NCBI GenBank assembly: GCA_038087875.1
Contig: CM075990.1
Location: 1,054,001-1,118,000 of the forward strand
Direction: 5' to 3'
Length of the DNA stretch: 64,000 nucleotides
Source: Malacoraja senta
Lineage: Eukaryota
Positions 52,365 through 63,551 of the stretch are shown one piece after another. Position numbers and translations under genes: made by a program. Below the pieces are notes generated by a model that was not told the origin of the DNA, did no database searches, and saw only the letters and a program-made list of their open reading frames with translations. Positions within the stretch are counted from its first letter, which is position 1, and every line of letters begins with the position of its first letter.

Positions 52365-52960
52365 AAGAGAATGTGGATGAGAATGTACAAGGCATGATAG
52401 TAAGTTTGCAGATGACACTAAAATATGTGGTATCATAGATAGTGAAAATGGTTGTCAAGAATAACAGTGGAATTGTGATCAGTTGGGCAAGTGGGCCGAG
52501 GAATGGCAAATGGAGTTTAATTCAGATAAGTATGGGGTGTTACCTTTTGGGAAGTCAAGCAGGACAGGACCTTCACAGTAAACAGTCAGGTCCTGGGCAA
52601 TGTTGCAGATCAGAGGAATCCAGGAGTACAAGGACATGCCTCCCTGGAAATGGCATCACAGGTAGATAGGGTGGTGGAAAGGGAATAGAGTCTTGAAGTT
52701 GGGAAGTTATGTTTCAGTCATACAAGATGCTGATGATGCCACATTTTGAGTACTTTATTCAGTTTTGGTCACACTGCTGTAGGAATGATACCATTTGGCT
52801 GGTGAGAGTACAGAGATTAACAAAGATGTTACAACGGCTATATGTGACTATGGGTGTCTCGGGTTAAGGGGAGAAGGCAGGAGATTGGTGTTAAGAAGGA
52901 AAGATAGATTGAATGGCAGAGTAGGCTTGATGGGCCGAATGGCCTAATTCTGCTATCACT
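52365..52960 (+). mobile_element. Degenerate CR1 fragment(s)
   Basis: KFADDTK and QFWS remnants, CR1 3' UTR. Confidence 0.72.
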
Positions 52961-53870
52961 GCCCAGAGGGAGAACAATGAGAGACCTGGTGTGGGGGGGC
53001 CACGGAGAACTAAGGGGACCACAAATGAAATGCTTAGTAACTTCGTGGGCACCCTTTATGCAGACCTTGAGTGGGCAAAACAATGAATCTCACTGTGACT
53101 TGTCACATGTGATAATAAAGTATCGTTCCTTCATTCACCCATCCATCACATGAATTTATGTTTAATTTAGGTGTTTCTGAATTATGCGCTGCTTTTCAGT
53201 AATGTTATCCCCACATAAAATGCCTCAAAGACATGACTGCTCCCATACACTGGGCAGCAGCATTTCCTATCCTGTAAACCTGAGGTCAACCAATTCTTCC
53301 TGTTTCTTAGTCCTATCTGAAACCAGCTCCTGTCTGCACATGACACTGTTTGATGACCTTTAATTTAGCAACGGCTTGACTTTAAAACAATCCCCTTTTA
53401 CTTTCACATCTCATAATAGGGTCTTCTATCTGAACCTCAGGAATTGCCTCCAGCCTCTCAGCCCTCAAATAAGTGCTTTCCCCAAATTTAATCCATGGCT
53501 GTGTTTTCTGTTTATTCCAGCCCAAGCTCTTAATTCCCTCACGAATAAATGTAATAGCTTTTTTTTTATTTTTTTAAGTAATAACATTTACCACTCAGCC
53601 CAAGCTTGTGGTTATCTCCCTCATCTCCTTTAATATTTCTCACCCGACACTACTTTGACACAATACCAAACTCCAAAGATTATTGTGAAGTTGATAGTGG
53701 CTCATCTATTTTTGTCCTGACTTTCCATTGTATTCTAGTCTATACAAGCCTGGTGACATTTTGCTTTTGGACTTGACTTATTTGGCAAGTTTTCCTTGGA
53801 TTATTTTGACTCTCATAGTGTTGATTTGGCATTAACTTCTGTCCCACAGTCACCTTTCTCTTAAATTTTT

Positions 53871-53918
53871 ATTGAGACTGGCCTCCCATCAGTCGAAAGA
53901 TGGGAGGCCAGTCTCAAT
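53871..53918. repeat. Perfect 20-bp inverted repeat with 8-nt spacer
   Basis: ATTGAGACTGGCCTCCCATC agtcgaaa GATGGGAGGCCAGTCTCAAT. Confidence 0.95.
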
Positions 53919-54075
53919 TTGTGTGGAAATAAATGTCATTGCATAATATGATATTGTGTGTGTAAGAGCAAATGTTCATCATAGTTTAAGAACTGTTAAA
54001 AGCTGAATAATTTTGTGTGATTAAATGTTAGTCTATTGTGCACTAAAATCATTTTTTACTACTTTTGTTCGAAAG

Positions 54076-54152
54076 GATGTATGGACTGTTTCAGACGGCA
54101 TTCTACTTTGGGTACATGGCAGTATTCAGCTCTGCGCTTGGGATCATGTGTG
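54076..54152 (+). CDS. TM9SF3: TM9SF3 exon 14 equivalent
   Basis: gaaag|...|gtaagt, 77 nt; [25 protein letters not shown](G). Confidence 0.95.
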
Positions 54153-54506
54153 GTAAGTGCTGTGTTGGAATTGTAGTGGTTCAGGTGCAACAATCTGTTG
54201 GAAGAACGCAGTGGGTCAAACAGCATCTATATGCTAATGCTGAGCAGTCAGTCCTCAACACAGGTCTTACCTTTGTGCAACTCTGCCAGTACCTCAACCA
54301 ATTCTGGGCCTGACATGACGTTGAGCCCTTCTGTCGCCTCTGTGCCTGTTTCATTGGCAAGGAGTCCTCATCAACCCTCCACTGATAACCTCTTCTCAAG
54401 TCTCCAACTCTCCGCTTCTTCTTAGACCCTTTGGACCTTTTACCCTCGCTTGAACCTTTCTTCTTTTCCAATTGCTCCTGTGATATCAACCACCTCAACT
54501 TCTCCA

Positions 54507-54740
54507 AAGATAGACACAAAGTGCTGGGGTAACTCAGCGGGTCAGTCAGGATCTCTAGGGGAAAAGGATGGGTGACGTTTTGGATCGAAAACCTTCTGCA
54601 GACTAATGAAGGGTCAATCTCAAGAGTTCTGACCCGAAACGTCAACCATCCTTTTTCTCTAGAGATGCTGCCTGACCAGCTGAGTTACCCCAGCACTTTG
54701 TGTCTATGGTATAAACCAGCATCTGCAGTTCCTTCCTACG
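54507..54740. mobile_element. Penelope-derived inverted-pLTR insert with 14-bp TSD
   Basis: TSD CCTCAACTTCTCCA (54493-506 and 54741-54). Confidence 0.85.
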
Positions 54741-55056
54741 CCTCAACTTCTCCACAGCCCTCACCAACTCCATGCATACATAGTGCAAATGCGTAGCAAT
54801 CCATTCACTGAGCACCAAACCCAACCTAGTTATCAAATCCACAGATGGGCAGTGCTGTTATAGTCGGGTGGACGACCTTTACTTTGCACTGGCCCGGTGA
54901 CGGCTCTCAGATACCACCTCTTATCTCTCCGTGCATCATGACCTTACCAACAACCACCGGGCCACTGTCACAGATTTCATCACATCAGCAGATTTCCCCT
55001 CCACAGCTTCAACGTGATCATGCCTCGTCCCTACACGTCCTGCTGTTCTTACCCGG

Positions 55057-55112
55057 GGTCCATAGACAGATCCGAGGTCCATAGACAGATCCGAGGTCCA
55101 TAGATAGGATCC
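55057..55112. repeat. 19-bp tandem repeat, just under 3 copies
   Basis: GGTCCATAGACAGATCCGA x2 plus a degenerate third copy. Confidence 0.85.
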
Positions 55113-55139
55113 TTAAATAGGCCCATTATTTCTGCCTGC

Positions 55140-57360
55140 TTTAGTTTGGTTTAGAGATACAGCGCAGAAACAGCCCCTTCTGATTCCGCACTAGCACTAC
55201 CTTACACACTAGGGACAATTTACAATTTGTACTGAACCCAATTAACCTACAAACCTGTACGTCTTTGGAGTGTGGGAGCAATGCAGAGCACCCGGGGAAA
55301 ACCCATACAGTCACGGAGAATGTACAAACTCCATACAGACAGCACCCATTGTCGGTACCAAAGCCAGGTCTCTGGCGCTGTAAGGTCGCAACTTTACCGC
55401 TGCGTCACAATGCTCTTGCCCCATTGAACTTGTTTCTTCATATTGTACTCTATCCTGTTTCCCCCTATCATTACTTTCCCCCTTGCATCCAGGACAGCTT
55501 GTTCCGTCACTTTCACAATGTCCATTCTCTAGCTCCCACCACCTCATCATTCTGGGTGTCCAGTCTGTATACATCTCCATCGTCCATTGAAAAGGTGTTA
55601 AAGCCTTCTGCTTCTTTCTGCAACACATATCCAACCAGTTCCCCTTCACCAACACTCTCATCTGCCTGGCTGAACTTGTTCTTGCTCTGACCAACTTCTC
55701 TTTCAACTGCTCTCACTTCGTACAAATCCAAGGTCCTAGCTACCTGTCATTTTTGTTAGCTATGTGGTGCAGCCTTGTTCCAAACTTAAAGCCCTGTCCC
55801 ACTGTACGAGTTCATTGAAGAGTTCTCCTGAGTTTGCCCTGATTCGAACTTGGAGATTTACGGTAATGGCCGCTCGCAGGTACTTGGGGCTCTCGTGGAC
55901 ATTTTTCAACATGTTGAAAAATCTTCACGAGCTTACCGCGTTTCCCGAATACCTGCCATTAGCGTTACGAGCCTCTAAGAAACGTCCCCGAGCTCCGACG
56001 TACCCGCTACGTTTATTCTATGTGCTTACCACGAGATTGATTTTTTTTTAAACTCGGGAGAGCTCTTGGAATGAACTCGTACAGTGGGACAGGGCTTTTA
56101 CTCTGGCAACACCAGCACATTGTTTGTTGCTCCAGTAACTAGCGCTTGCAGTCTCTGGTGTCTCAAAGGCCAGATCAGGGTCTAGGTGGGCACTAAAACC
56201 AGAGTTGCCAGCTCTGGATTATATTTGTCTGAACATGGGCTGTGGATTGGAATGAAACTGAACGTGTTTAGTTTTAGTTTAGAGATAGGGAGAGGAAACC
56301 AGCCCTTTGGCCCACTGAGTGCACCGACCAGCGATCCTAGCACACTAACACTATCCTACATTACACTAGGGACCATTTACAATTTTACCAAGCCAATTAG
56401 CCTACAAGCCTGTACATCTTTGGAGTGTGGGAGGAATTCGGAGCTCCCAGAGAGAACCCACGCAGGTCACGGGGAGAACGTACAAACTCCTTACAGACAA
56501 CACCCGAAGTCATGATCGATCCCGTGTCTCTGGCACTGTAAGGCTGCAACTCTGTAAGACTGCAACTCTACCACCGCGCCATCCATTCTAAGATGTATCA
56601 TTGAATAATTCTAAATTAAATGGTCAAATTTGGCTTCCATGCACCCTAAAATTTAAACAATAGCAGTAATTTCTCTAAACTGGGAGCAATGATCTATTGT
56701 TACTGCGGACCTATCTGTATTTCCCATTTATAAATCAAAAGGTATTAAATGTTGGACATGTCTGGTGACCTCGCTGTGCATTGAAGTTGACTGCTTAGTA
56801 AATTGATGAGCCTAGCCATCAAGACTTATCGAATGGCCTATTGGGCGAGTACCATCGGGTAACAATGCCCCAGGTAGTGTCGCAGGGAAACTTGATATTA
56901 TGATGATTTTTATGTTAGTTATACTTTAGAGATACGGCATGGAAACAGGCCCTTCAGTCCACCGAGTCCGAGCCGACCAGTGCTCACCCCGTACACTAAC
57001 ACTATCCTACACACTAGGGACAATTTTACAATTTTTACAGAACAGTATGGAATTTATACGCTCTCCCTGTTACTGCGTGAGTTTTTTCCGGGTGCTCCGG
57101 TTTCCTCCCACATTCCAAACCTGTACGTCCTTGGAGTGTGGGAGGAAACCGGATCACCGGTAAATCCCATGTGGTCACTGGGAGAACGTGCAAACTCAAC
57201 AGACAGCACCTGTAGTCATACGTTCATAAGTGATAAGAGCAGAATTAGGCCACATGGCTGATCTATCTATCCCATTCTCCTGCCTTCTCCCCATAACCCC
57301 TGACACTTGCACTAATCAACTAGTCAGGATCGAACCCGGGTCACAGGCGCTGTACTGCCC
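55140..57360 (-). mobile_element. V-SINE cluster (55140-55410, 56266-56582, 56920-57360)
   Basis: family consensus; the last copy is rearranged and interrupted by a CR1 tail with a TAGTCA duplication. Confidence 0.78.
55789..56097. mobile_element. PIF/Harbinger-type MITE
   Basis: perfect 28-bp TIR AAGCCCTGTCCCACTGTACGAGTTCATT; TTA TSD on both sides. Confidence 0.9.
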
Positions 57361-58062
57361 TACAGTGAAGTTGTGGTGCAGTTGTTGGGACTTAACTTTC
57401 AATGGGTTAGTTGTCGCTTTAAGCCTTGCTACAAGCTTTGACTACGTAGTCTTGATCCCACAAATCTATTTTGCGGATAAGTGGTGTAATTTTCTTTGGT
57501 TCTGTTGGTATTTGTCCATCCATCAATACTTCAAACTCATTATCTGGTCTTTATCACATTACTGTCACTGGGAACTTGCTGGGTGCAAATTGGTTGCAGC
57601 ATTTCCTGTCTTATAACCGTGACTATAGTTCAAAGAAAAAAGGAATGAATTATTGGCTGTAAAACTCTGGGACTCCCTGAGGTTCTGAGTGTTGCTGAAT
57701 TATTTCAGCGTTTTTCCTTTTATTAGGCAATTAAGCATTTTAGGGTAATTGGAATGGAAACATGCATCAAGACTTTTATGTTAGATTTTACCTGCTTCAG
57801 CACTTGACGTTGAGTGGGAGGGGAGGGGGGGGGGGGTAGACATGTCTGAAACCACTTGGTGAAGAAACCAGATTTACCAAACTGAAAAATCTCATTTAGT
57901 TTATTATGTTTGAACTGTTTGTTTGACTGCTTTGATTCCTCCTCCCTTTTACTTAATGTGGGGGAATGTAGAGCCAGAGGTTTGAGGTGAGAGGGGCAAA
58001 ATTTAATAGGAACCTGGGGGGCAACATTTTCACTGAAGGTGGTATATGGAATGAACGACCGG

Positions 58063-58262
58063 NNNNNNNNNNNNNNNNNNNNNNNNNNNNNNNNNNNNNN
58101 NNNNNNNNNNNNNNNNNNNNNNNNNNNNNNNNNNNNNNNNNNNNNNNNNNNNNNNNNNNNNNNNNNNNNNNNNNNNNNNNNNNNNNNNNNNNNNNNNNNN
58201 NNNNNNNNNNNNNNNNNNNNNNNNNNNNNNNNNNNNNNNNNNNNNNNNNNNNNNNNNNNNNN
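58063..58262. other. Assembly gap (200 N)
   Basis: run of exactly 200 N. Confidence 0.99.
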
Positions 58263-58432
58263 TACGTTCTCCCCATGACCTGCGTGGGTTTTCTCTGGGT
58301 GCTCCGGTTTCCTACCACACTACAAAGATGTACAGGTTTGCAGGTTAATTGGCTTGGTATAATTGTAACATTGTCCCCAGTGTGTGTAGGATAGTGTTAG
58401 TGTGTGGGGTTCGCTGGCCGGCGCGGACTCGG

Positions 58433-58880
58433 TGTTAACATATGATGAGGATTTTACGGAACTAGGCCTTTACTCGCTAGAGTTTAGAAGGATGAGGGGG
58501 GGGACTTCATTGAAACTTACCGAATAGTGAAAGGTCTGGATAGAGTGAATGTGGAAAGGATGTTTCCAGTAGTGGGAGGGTCCAGGACTAGAGGTCATAG
58601 CTTTAGGATAAAAGGACGTACCTTTACAAAGGAGATGAGGAGGAATTTCTTTAGTCAGAGGGTGGTGAATCTGTGGAATTCTTTGCCGCAGACGGCTGTG
58701 GAGGCCGTCAGTGGATATTTTTACATCGGAGATTGACAGATTCTTGATTAGTACGGGCGTCGGGGTTATGGGGAGAAGGCAGGAGAATGGGTTTAGGAGG
58801 GAAAGATAGATCAGCCATGATTGAATGGTGGAGTAGACTTGATGGGCTGAACGGCCTAATTCTGCTCCTTGAACATATGA
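58433..58880 (+). mobile_element. CR1 3' fragment
   Basis: KGLDRVNVERMFP...RNFFSQRVVNLWNSLP. Confidence 0.85.
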
Positions 58881-59488
58881 ATTTATGGTGGGCTGTATCT
58901 AAATTAAACTTAACCAATGGCAGTCCATAGAAGTTCATAGTTGTAAAATTGTCCCTCATGTGTAAGATAGTATTAGTGTGTGGGGATCGCTGATGGGCGT
59001 GGGCTCGGTGGGCCGAAGGGCCTGAATCCGCAATGTATCTCCAAACTAAATTAAAGATATGTGGCCCAAAACTGCTCACAATTCCTCCTTCACGCAACAG
59101 GTGGTGGGTGTATGGAACGAGCTGCCAGAGGAGGTAGTTGAGGCAGGGACTATCCCAATGTTTACAAAACAGTTAGCCAGGTTCATGGACAGGACAGGTA
59201 AAGAGGGATATGGGTCATATGCGGGCAGGTGGGATTAGTGTAGCTGGGCCATGTTGACCAGTGTGGGCAAGTTGGGCTGAAGGGCCTGTTTCACGCTGTA
59301 TCACTCTATGACTAGTGTGTAGGATAGTGTTAGTGTACTAGTCGGTGCAGACTTGATGGGCCGAAGGGCCTGGTTCTGCGTTGTATCCCTAAACTAAACT
59401 AAAGACACGGCTCCCAATTCTGCTCACGATGGTCCACGGTGTGAGTGTTGGTACCTCTGACGGTGTCTCTGTCTCTCTGGTTCCACAG

Positions 59489-59649
59489 CAGCGTGCGGGG
59501 GCCTGCTGACCCAGCTGAACGGTACGGTGAGCAGCCCCGGCTGGCCCCGGCCCTACCCCGGCAACAGGCGGTGTGTGTGGCAGCTGGTGGCACCGACACA
59601 GCACCGCATCTCCCTGCGATTCCTGGCCTTCCAGCTCGAGGGAAACAAC
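59489..59649 (+). CDS. TLL2: Tolloid-like metalloprotease exon, N-terminal half of CUB3
   Basis: ccacag|...|gtgggt, 161 nt; (A)[53 protein letters not shown], a BMP1/TLL CUB3 sequence. Paralog assigned from synteny with TM9SF3. Confidence 0.85.
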
Positions 59650-60551
59650 GTGGGTACCCGGCAACCGCACGGCAACCAGCCGACACGGGGCGGGGTGGGG
59701 AGGTGACCTCGGGAGTAATGGTGGAGGAGAGCAGCCCGTGGGGGGGGGGGGGAGGGGAGACCGACTCGTGGGGCGGTGGGGAAGAAGAGAGCCCGGGGGG
59801 ATGGGGGGTGTGACCAGGGGGTGTGTGGGAGAGGGAGTTAGACCCTGGTGGTGTAGGGGTGTGTGTGCCCCCCCCCCTCCACATACACACTGACCCCACC
59901 ATTGCTACACCTGCCCCTAATGCTTGGTCCTGTGGCTGGAAGGTGGATGGGGCAGGATGTGGGTTTGGGGGTGTGGGGGGCAGAGTGGAGGTGGGGGGGA
60001 GGGATTGGTGTGAGGTGGGATGCTGGGGGGTGGGATGTGGGGGACAGGATGGGACGGGGTGGGGTGTGGGGAACGGAGCAGGGTGGGGTTGGGGTGTGGG
60101 ACAGGATGGGGGATGGGACGGGATGGAGGTGGGGATGGAGTCAGGTGGGATTGGGCGTGTGGACCTGCTGGGGGACGGGGCCAGGGTGTGGCGTTGGGAA
60201 GGGGTGGGGTTTGGGGGTGTTAAGGTGAGGTGGGGGGGGGGGTATGGAAAAGGGTTTGTCATTCGGAGACTACCTGCAGCAGCCTGGAGCTGCCAGCACC
60301 ACCCACATGGTGGGTCAGTCCCCCTGGTCCATGGTTGAACCTGCTGCTCTATGGTACACACCATTGGCCGTGATTTTGCATCTTTGTCCAGGCTGGGACA
60401 CCCGGGTCCGTGGTGGGTGAAGATCATGCACGTGGTTGGATTTGGGAAGGCCAGCATCCCAGTGCTGCTGTTGGGGGAATGTGTGGTGGGTTCCAGGTGG
60501 GAGAGTGGGAGGTTTGTGGAGTTGGGTGTGAGGGAGCTGTGTTGTTCCCAG

Positions 60552-60732
60552 GTGTGTAAGTACGACTACGTCGAGGTCTACAGCGGCCTCTACTCCGGAT
60601 CCAAGCTCCACGGCCGCTTCTGTGGCTCCCAGACGCCGGATGCCATCACGTCCCAGCTCAACAACATGCGCATCGAGTTCAAGTCTGACAACACCGTGTC
60701 CAGGAGCGGCTTCAGCGGGCAGTTCTTCGCAG
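60552..60732 (+). CDS. TLL2: Tolloid-like metalloprotease exon, C-terminal half of CUB3
   Basis: cccag|...|gtgagg, 181 nt; [60 protein letters not shown]; [11 protein letters not shown] is TLL2-like. Confidence 0.87.
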
Positions 60733-60929
60733 GTGAGGGTTGCTTCAGGGTGACGGGGATGAGTGAAGGGGTGAAGGGTGAAGGAACGGGCGGGGTGGTG
60801 CTGCGGGCCTTGCAGCACCAGAGACCCGGGATCTATCCTGACTATCTCCCCTTGAATCCCCCTCATGGGGTCTGGTCTCAAGCTGCATCGGACCATCCCA
60901 TTGGTGAATCCCTTTGTAATTTGGGAAGT

Positions 60930-61812
60930 CAGGTGGCGCAGCGGTAGAGTTGCTGCCTCACAGCGCCAGAGACCCGGGTTCGATCCCGACTATTGGTGCT
61001 GTCTGTACGGAGTTTGTACGTTCTCCACGTGACCTGCGTGGGTTCTCCCAGGGCTCCAGTTTCCTCCCACACTCCAAAGACGTGCAGGTGTGATGGTTAA
61101 TCAGTCGTCTGTAAATTGTGTGTGTGCAGGGAGTGGATGTGAAAGTGGGGTAACGTGGAACTGGTGTCAACGTGTGATTGATGTTCAGTGTGGACTCGGG
61201 GAGCCGATGTAGTGTAGTTTATAGATACAGCGTGGAAACAGGCCCTTCAGCCCTCTGAGTCGGTGCTGACCAGCGATCCCCGCACACTATCCTACACACA
61301 CTATCCTACACACACTATCCTACACACACTAGGGACAGTTTACAATTTTTACCAAAGCCAAATAACCTAATAACCTGCACGTCTTTGGAGTGTGGGAGGA
61401 AACCGAGTACCCGGGGAAAACCCACGCAGGTCACGGGGAGAACGTACAAACTCCGTACAGACAGCACCCGTGGTCAGGATAGAACCCGGGTCTCTGGCGC
61501 TGTGAGGCAGCAACTCTACCGCTGCTGCCACCGTGCTGTACCTGTGAATCAATCACTGTTTAGTTTACTGTCATGTGGACTGAAGTACAGTGAAAAGCTT
61601 TTGTGTGTTATCCTGTCAGTGAAAAGTCTGTACATTAGGTTTTTATACTTTTAGTTTTAGAGATACAGCACGGAAGCAGGCCCTTCGGCCCACCGAGACC
61701 GCACTGACCAGTAACCCCCACACATTAACACTATCCTACACACACACACGAGGGACAATTTTACACATACACCAAGCCAATTAACCTACAAACCTGTACG
61801 TCTTTGGAGTGG
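60930..61812. mobile_element. V-SINE cluster in the tolloid intron (60930-61205 +, 61210-61540 -, 61645-61812 -)
   Basis: family consensus; 16-bp CACACACTATCCTACA tandem expansion at ~61283-61330. Confidence 0.8.
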
Positions 61813-61929
61813 AGTATACGTGATTACAATTGAATACACGTGTACAGTGTGTCTGATTGAGGGTGGGGCCCACCATTGTGCTCTCTACTGCTGAGTGTGT
61901 GTGACGGGGTGTTCTCTCTCTGTCCCTAG

Positions 61930-62055
61930 ACAAGGACGAGTGCTCACTGAACAATGGAGGCTGTCAGCACCAGTGTGTGAACACACTGGGCACCTACCTC
62001 TGCCAGTGTCGCCTCGGCTACACCCTGCACGGGAATGGCCTCGACTGCAAGGAAG
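61930..62055 (+). CDS. TLL2: Tolloid-like metalloprotease exon, Ca-binding EGF2
   Basis: cctag|...|gtcagt, 126 nt; [42 protein letters not shown] with six Cys. Confidence 0.87.
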
Positions 62056-63094
62056 GTCAGTGCCTCCACCGCCACCTCGCTCACCGCTCCGCAACCACAA
62101 TCCATTTAGTTTATTGCCACGTGTAACGCGGTACAGTGAAAAGCTTTTGTTGCGAACTAACCAGTCTGCGGAAAGACAATGCATGATTACAATCGAGCCG
62201 TTCACAGTGCACCGATACAAGATAAATGGAATAATGTTTAGTGCTAGGTAAAGTCCGATCAATGATAGTCCGAGGGTCTCCAATGAGGTAGATAGTAGAT
62301 CGGGACCGCTCTCCAGTTGGTGATAGGATGGTTCAGTTGCCTGATAACAGCTGGGAAGAAACTCACTGAATCTGGAGGTGTGTGTTTTCACACTTCTACT
62401 GTACATCTTTTGCCTGATGGGAGATGGGAGAAGAGGTAGCGGCCAAGGTGCGACTGGTCCTTGATTATGTTGCTGGCCTTGACGAGGCAGCATGAGGTAT
62501 AAATGGAAGGGAGGTTGGTTTGTGTGATGGTCTGGGCTGCGTCTACAATTCACTGCAATTCCTTGCGGTCTTGGATGGAGCTGTTCCCAAACCGTGCTGT
62601 GATCCCCTCACTCACGGTAAAGGAAAGCGTTCTATCACTGCCTTAAAAATACCATTGATGGCCTCCACAGCCTTCTGTGGCAATGAATTCCACAGATTCA
62701 CCACCCTCTGACTAAAGAAATTCCTCCTCATCTCCTTCCTAAAGGAACGTCCTACTGAAACTGATCTCCTTTAGTTTAACTAGGCATGATTGTGAGCTGC
62801 CTGCAAGTTGAATTACAAGTTCAATGTCCCAGGTTGAACTACTGTATGTGATCCATATGCCTCCAAATGCGGTGTGCGGGGAGGAACTGCAGATGCTGGT
62901 TTATTCCAAAGATTGACACAAAGTGCTGGAGTAACTCAGTGAGTCAGCCAGCATCTCTGGAGAAAAAGGATGGGTGGTGTTTCGGGTTGGGACGCTTCTT
63001 CAGACTGAAAGTAGAGGGGAGGGAACTGGAGGTAAGAAAAGGCCAGAACAAAGTGGGGCCGTTAACAGATGTCCACCTGCGCTTGGTCTCGCTG

Positions 63095-63551
63095 TTATAT
63101 ACCTGGAGGCTGCAGTGAATCGTCCGATCAGCAGAGAAGGTTATTGGCTGCAACCTTCCCTCCATTGATGAACTGTACACTGCAAGGGCCAGAAAGCGAG
63201 CGGGCAAGATCATCTCTGACCCCTCTCACCCTGGCCACAAACTCTTTCAATCACTTCCCTCTGGAAGGCGACTCCGGATTGTCAAAGCTGCCACAGCCAG
63301 ACATAAAAACAGTTTTTATCCACTAGTAGTTGCTCTACTCAACAGCCGAAAATCTGTAGCCTCCCTTTGATCTGGTATTTTGTTGGTTCACATGCTTGAT
63401 CAATGGTGTTTTATCATTAATGTTTTATTATTATTAATGTTTAGTGTTTTCTGAGTCATTCGTAACTGTCACTGTTGTTACTTGTGGGCGGAGCACCAAG
63501 GCAAATTCCTTGTATGTGAATACTTGGCCAATAAACTTACTTGCTTACTTA
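63095..63551 (+). mobile_element. Rex1/Babar-like LINE 3' end
   Basis: SAEKVIGCNLPSIDELY...HPGHKLFQSLPSGRR; AATAAA followed by a (CTTA)n tail. Confidence 0.8.

Larger units (their letters stand above)
54230..55745 (+). mobile_element. Cluster of Penelope-like ORF fragments with nested pLTR insert and SINE
   Basis: VL.TGLTFV, VIKSTDGQ.AVIV and RPIISAC remnants; LAELVLALTNF at ~55670-55700. Confidence 0.65.

Noticed and set aside
55057..55112. Short direct repeats as a possible CRISPR-like array
   Set aside because: Simple head-to-tail tandem repeat with no spacers, in a eukaryotic context with no cas genes.
56800..56905. CpG-containing unique stretch considered as a ribozyme or snoRNA
   Set aside because: No consistent box pair or fold could be established by eye.
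59399..60457. 352-aa Pro-rich minus-strand ORF
   Set aside because: Antisense reading of a G-rich intron and the tolloid exon; low complexity.
60930..61000. tRNA-like A/B boxes
   Set aside because: These are heads of tRNA-derived SINEs continuing into the V-domain and LINE-like tail, not tRNA genes.
10945..62055. Possible U12-type or non-canonical introns
   Set aside because: All visible donors and acceptors are ordinary GT-AG, with no GTATCCT or ATATCCT donor.
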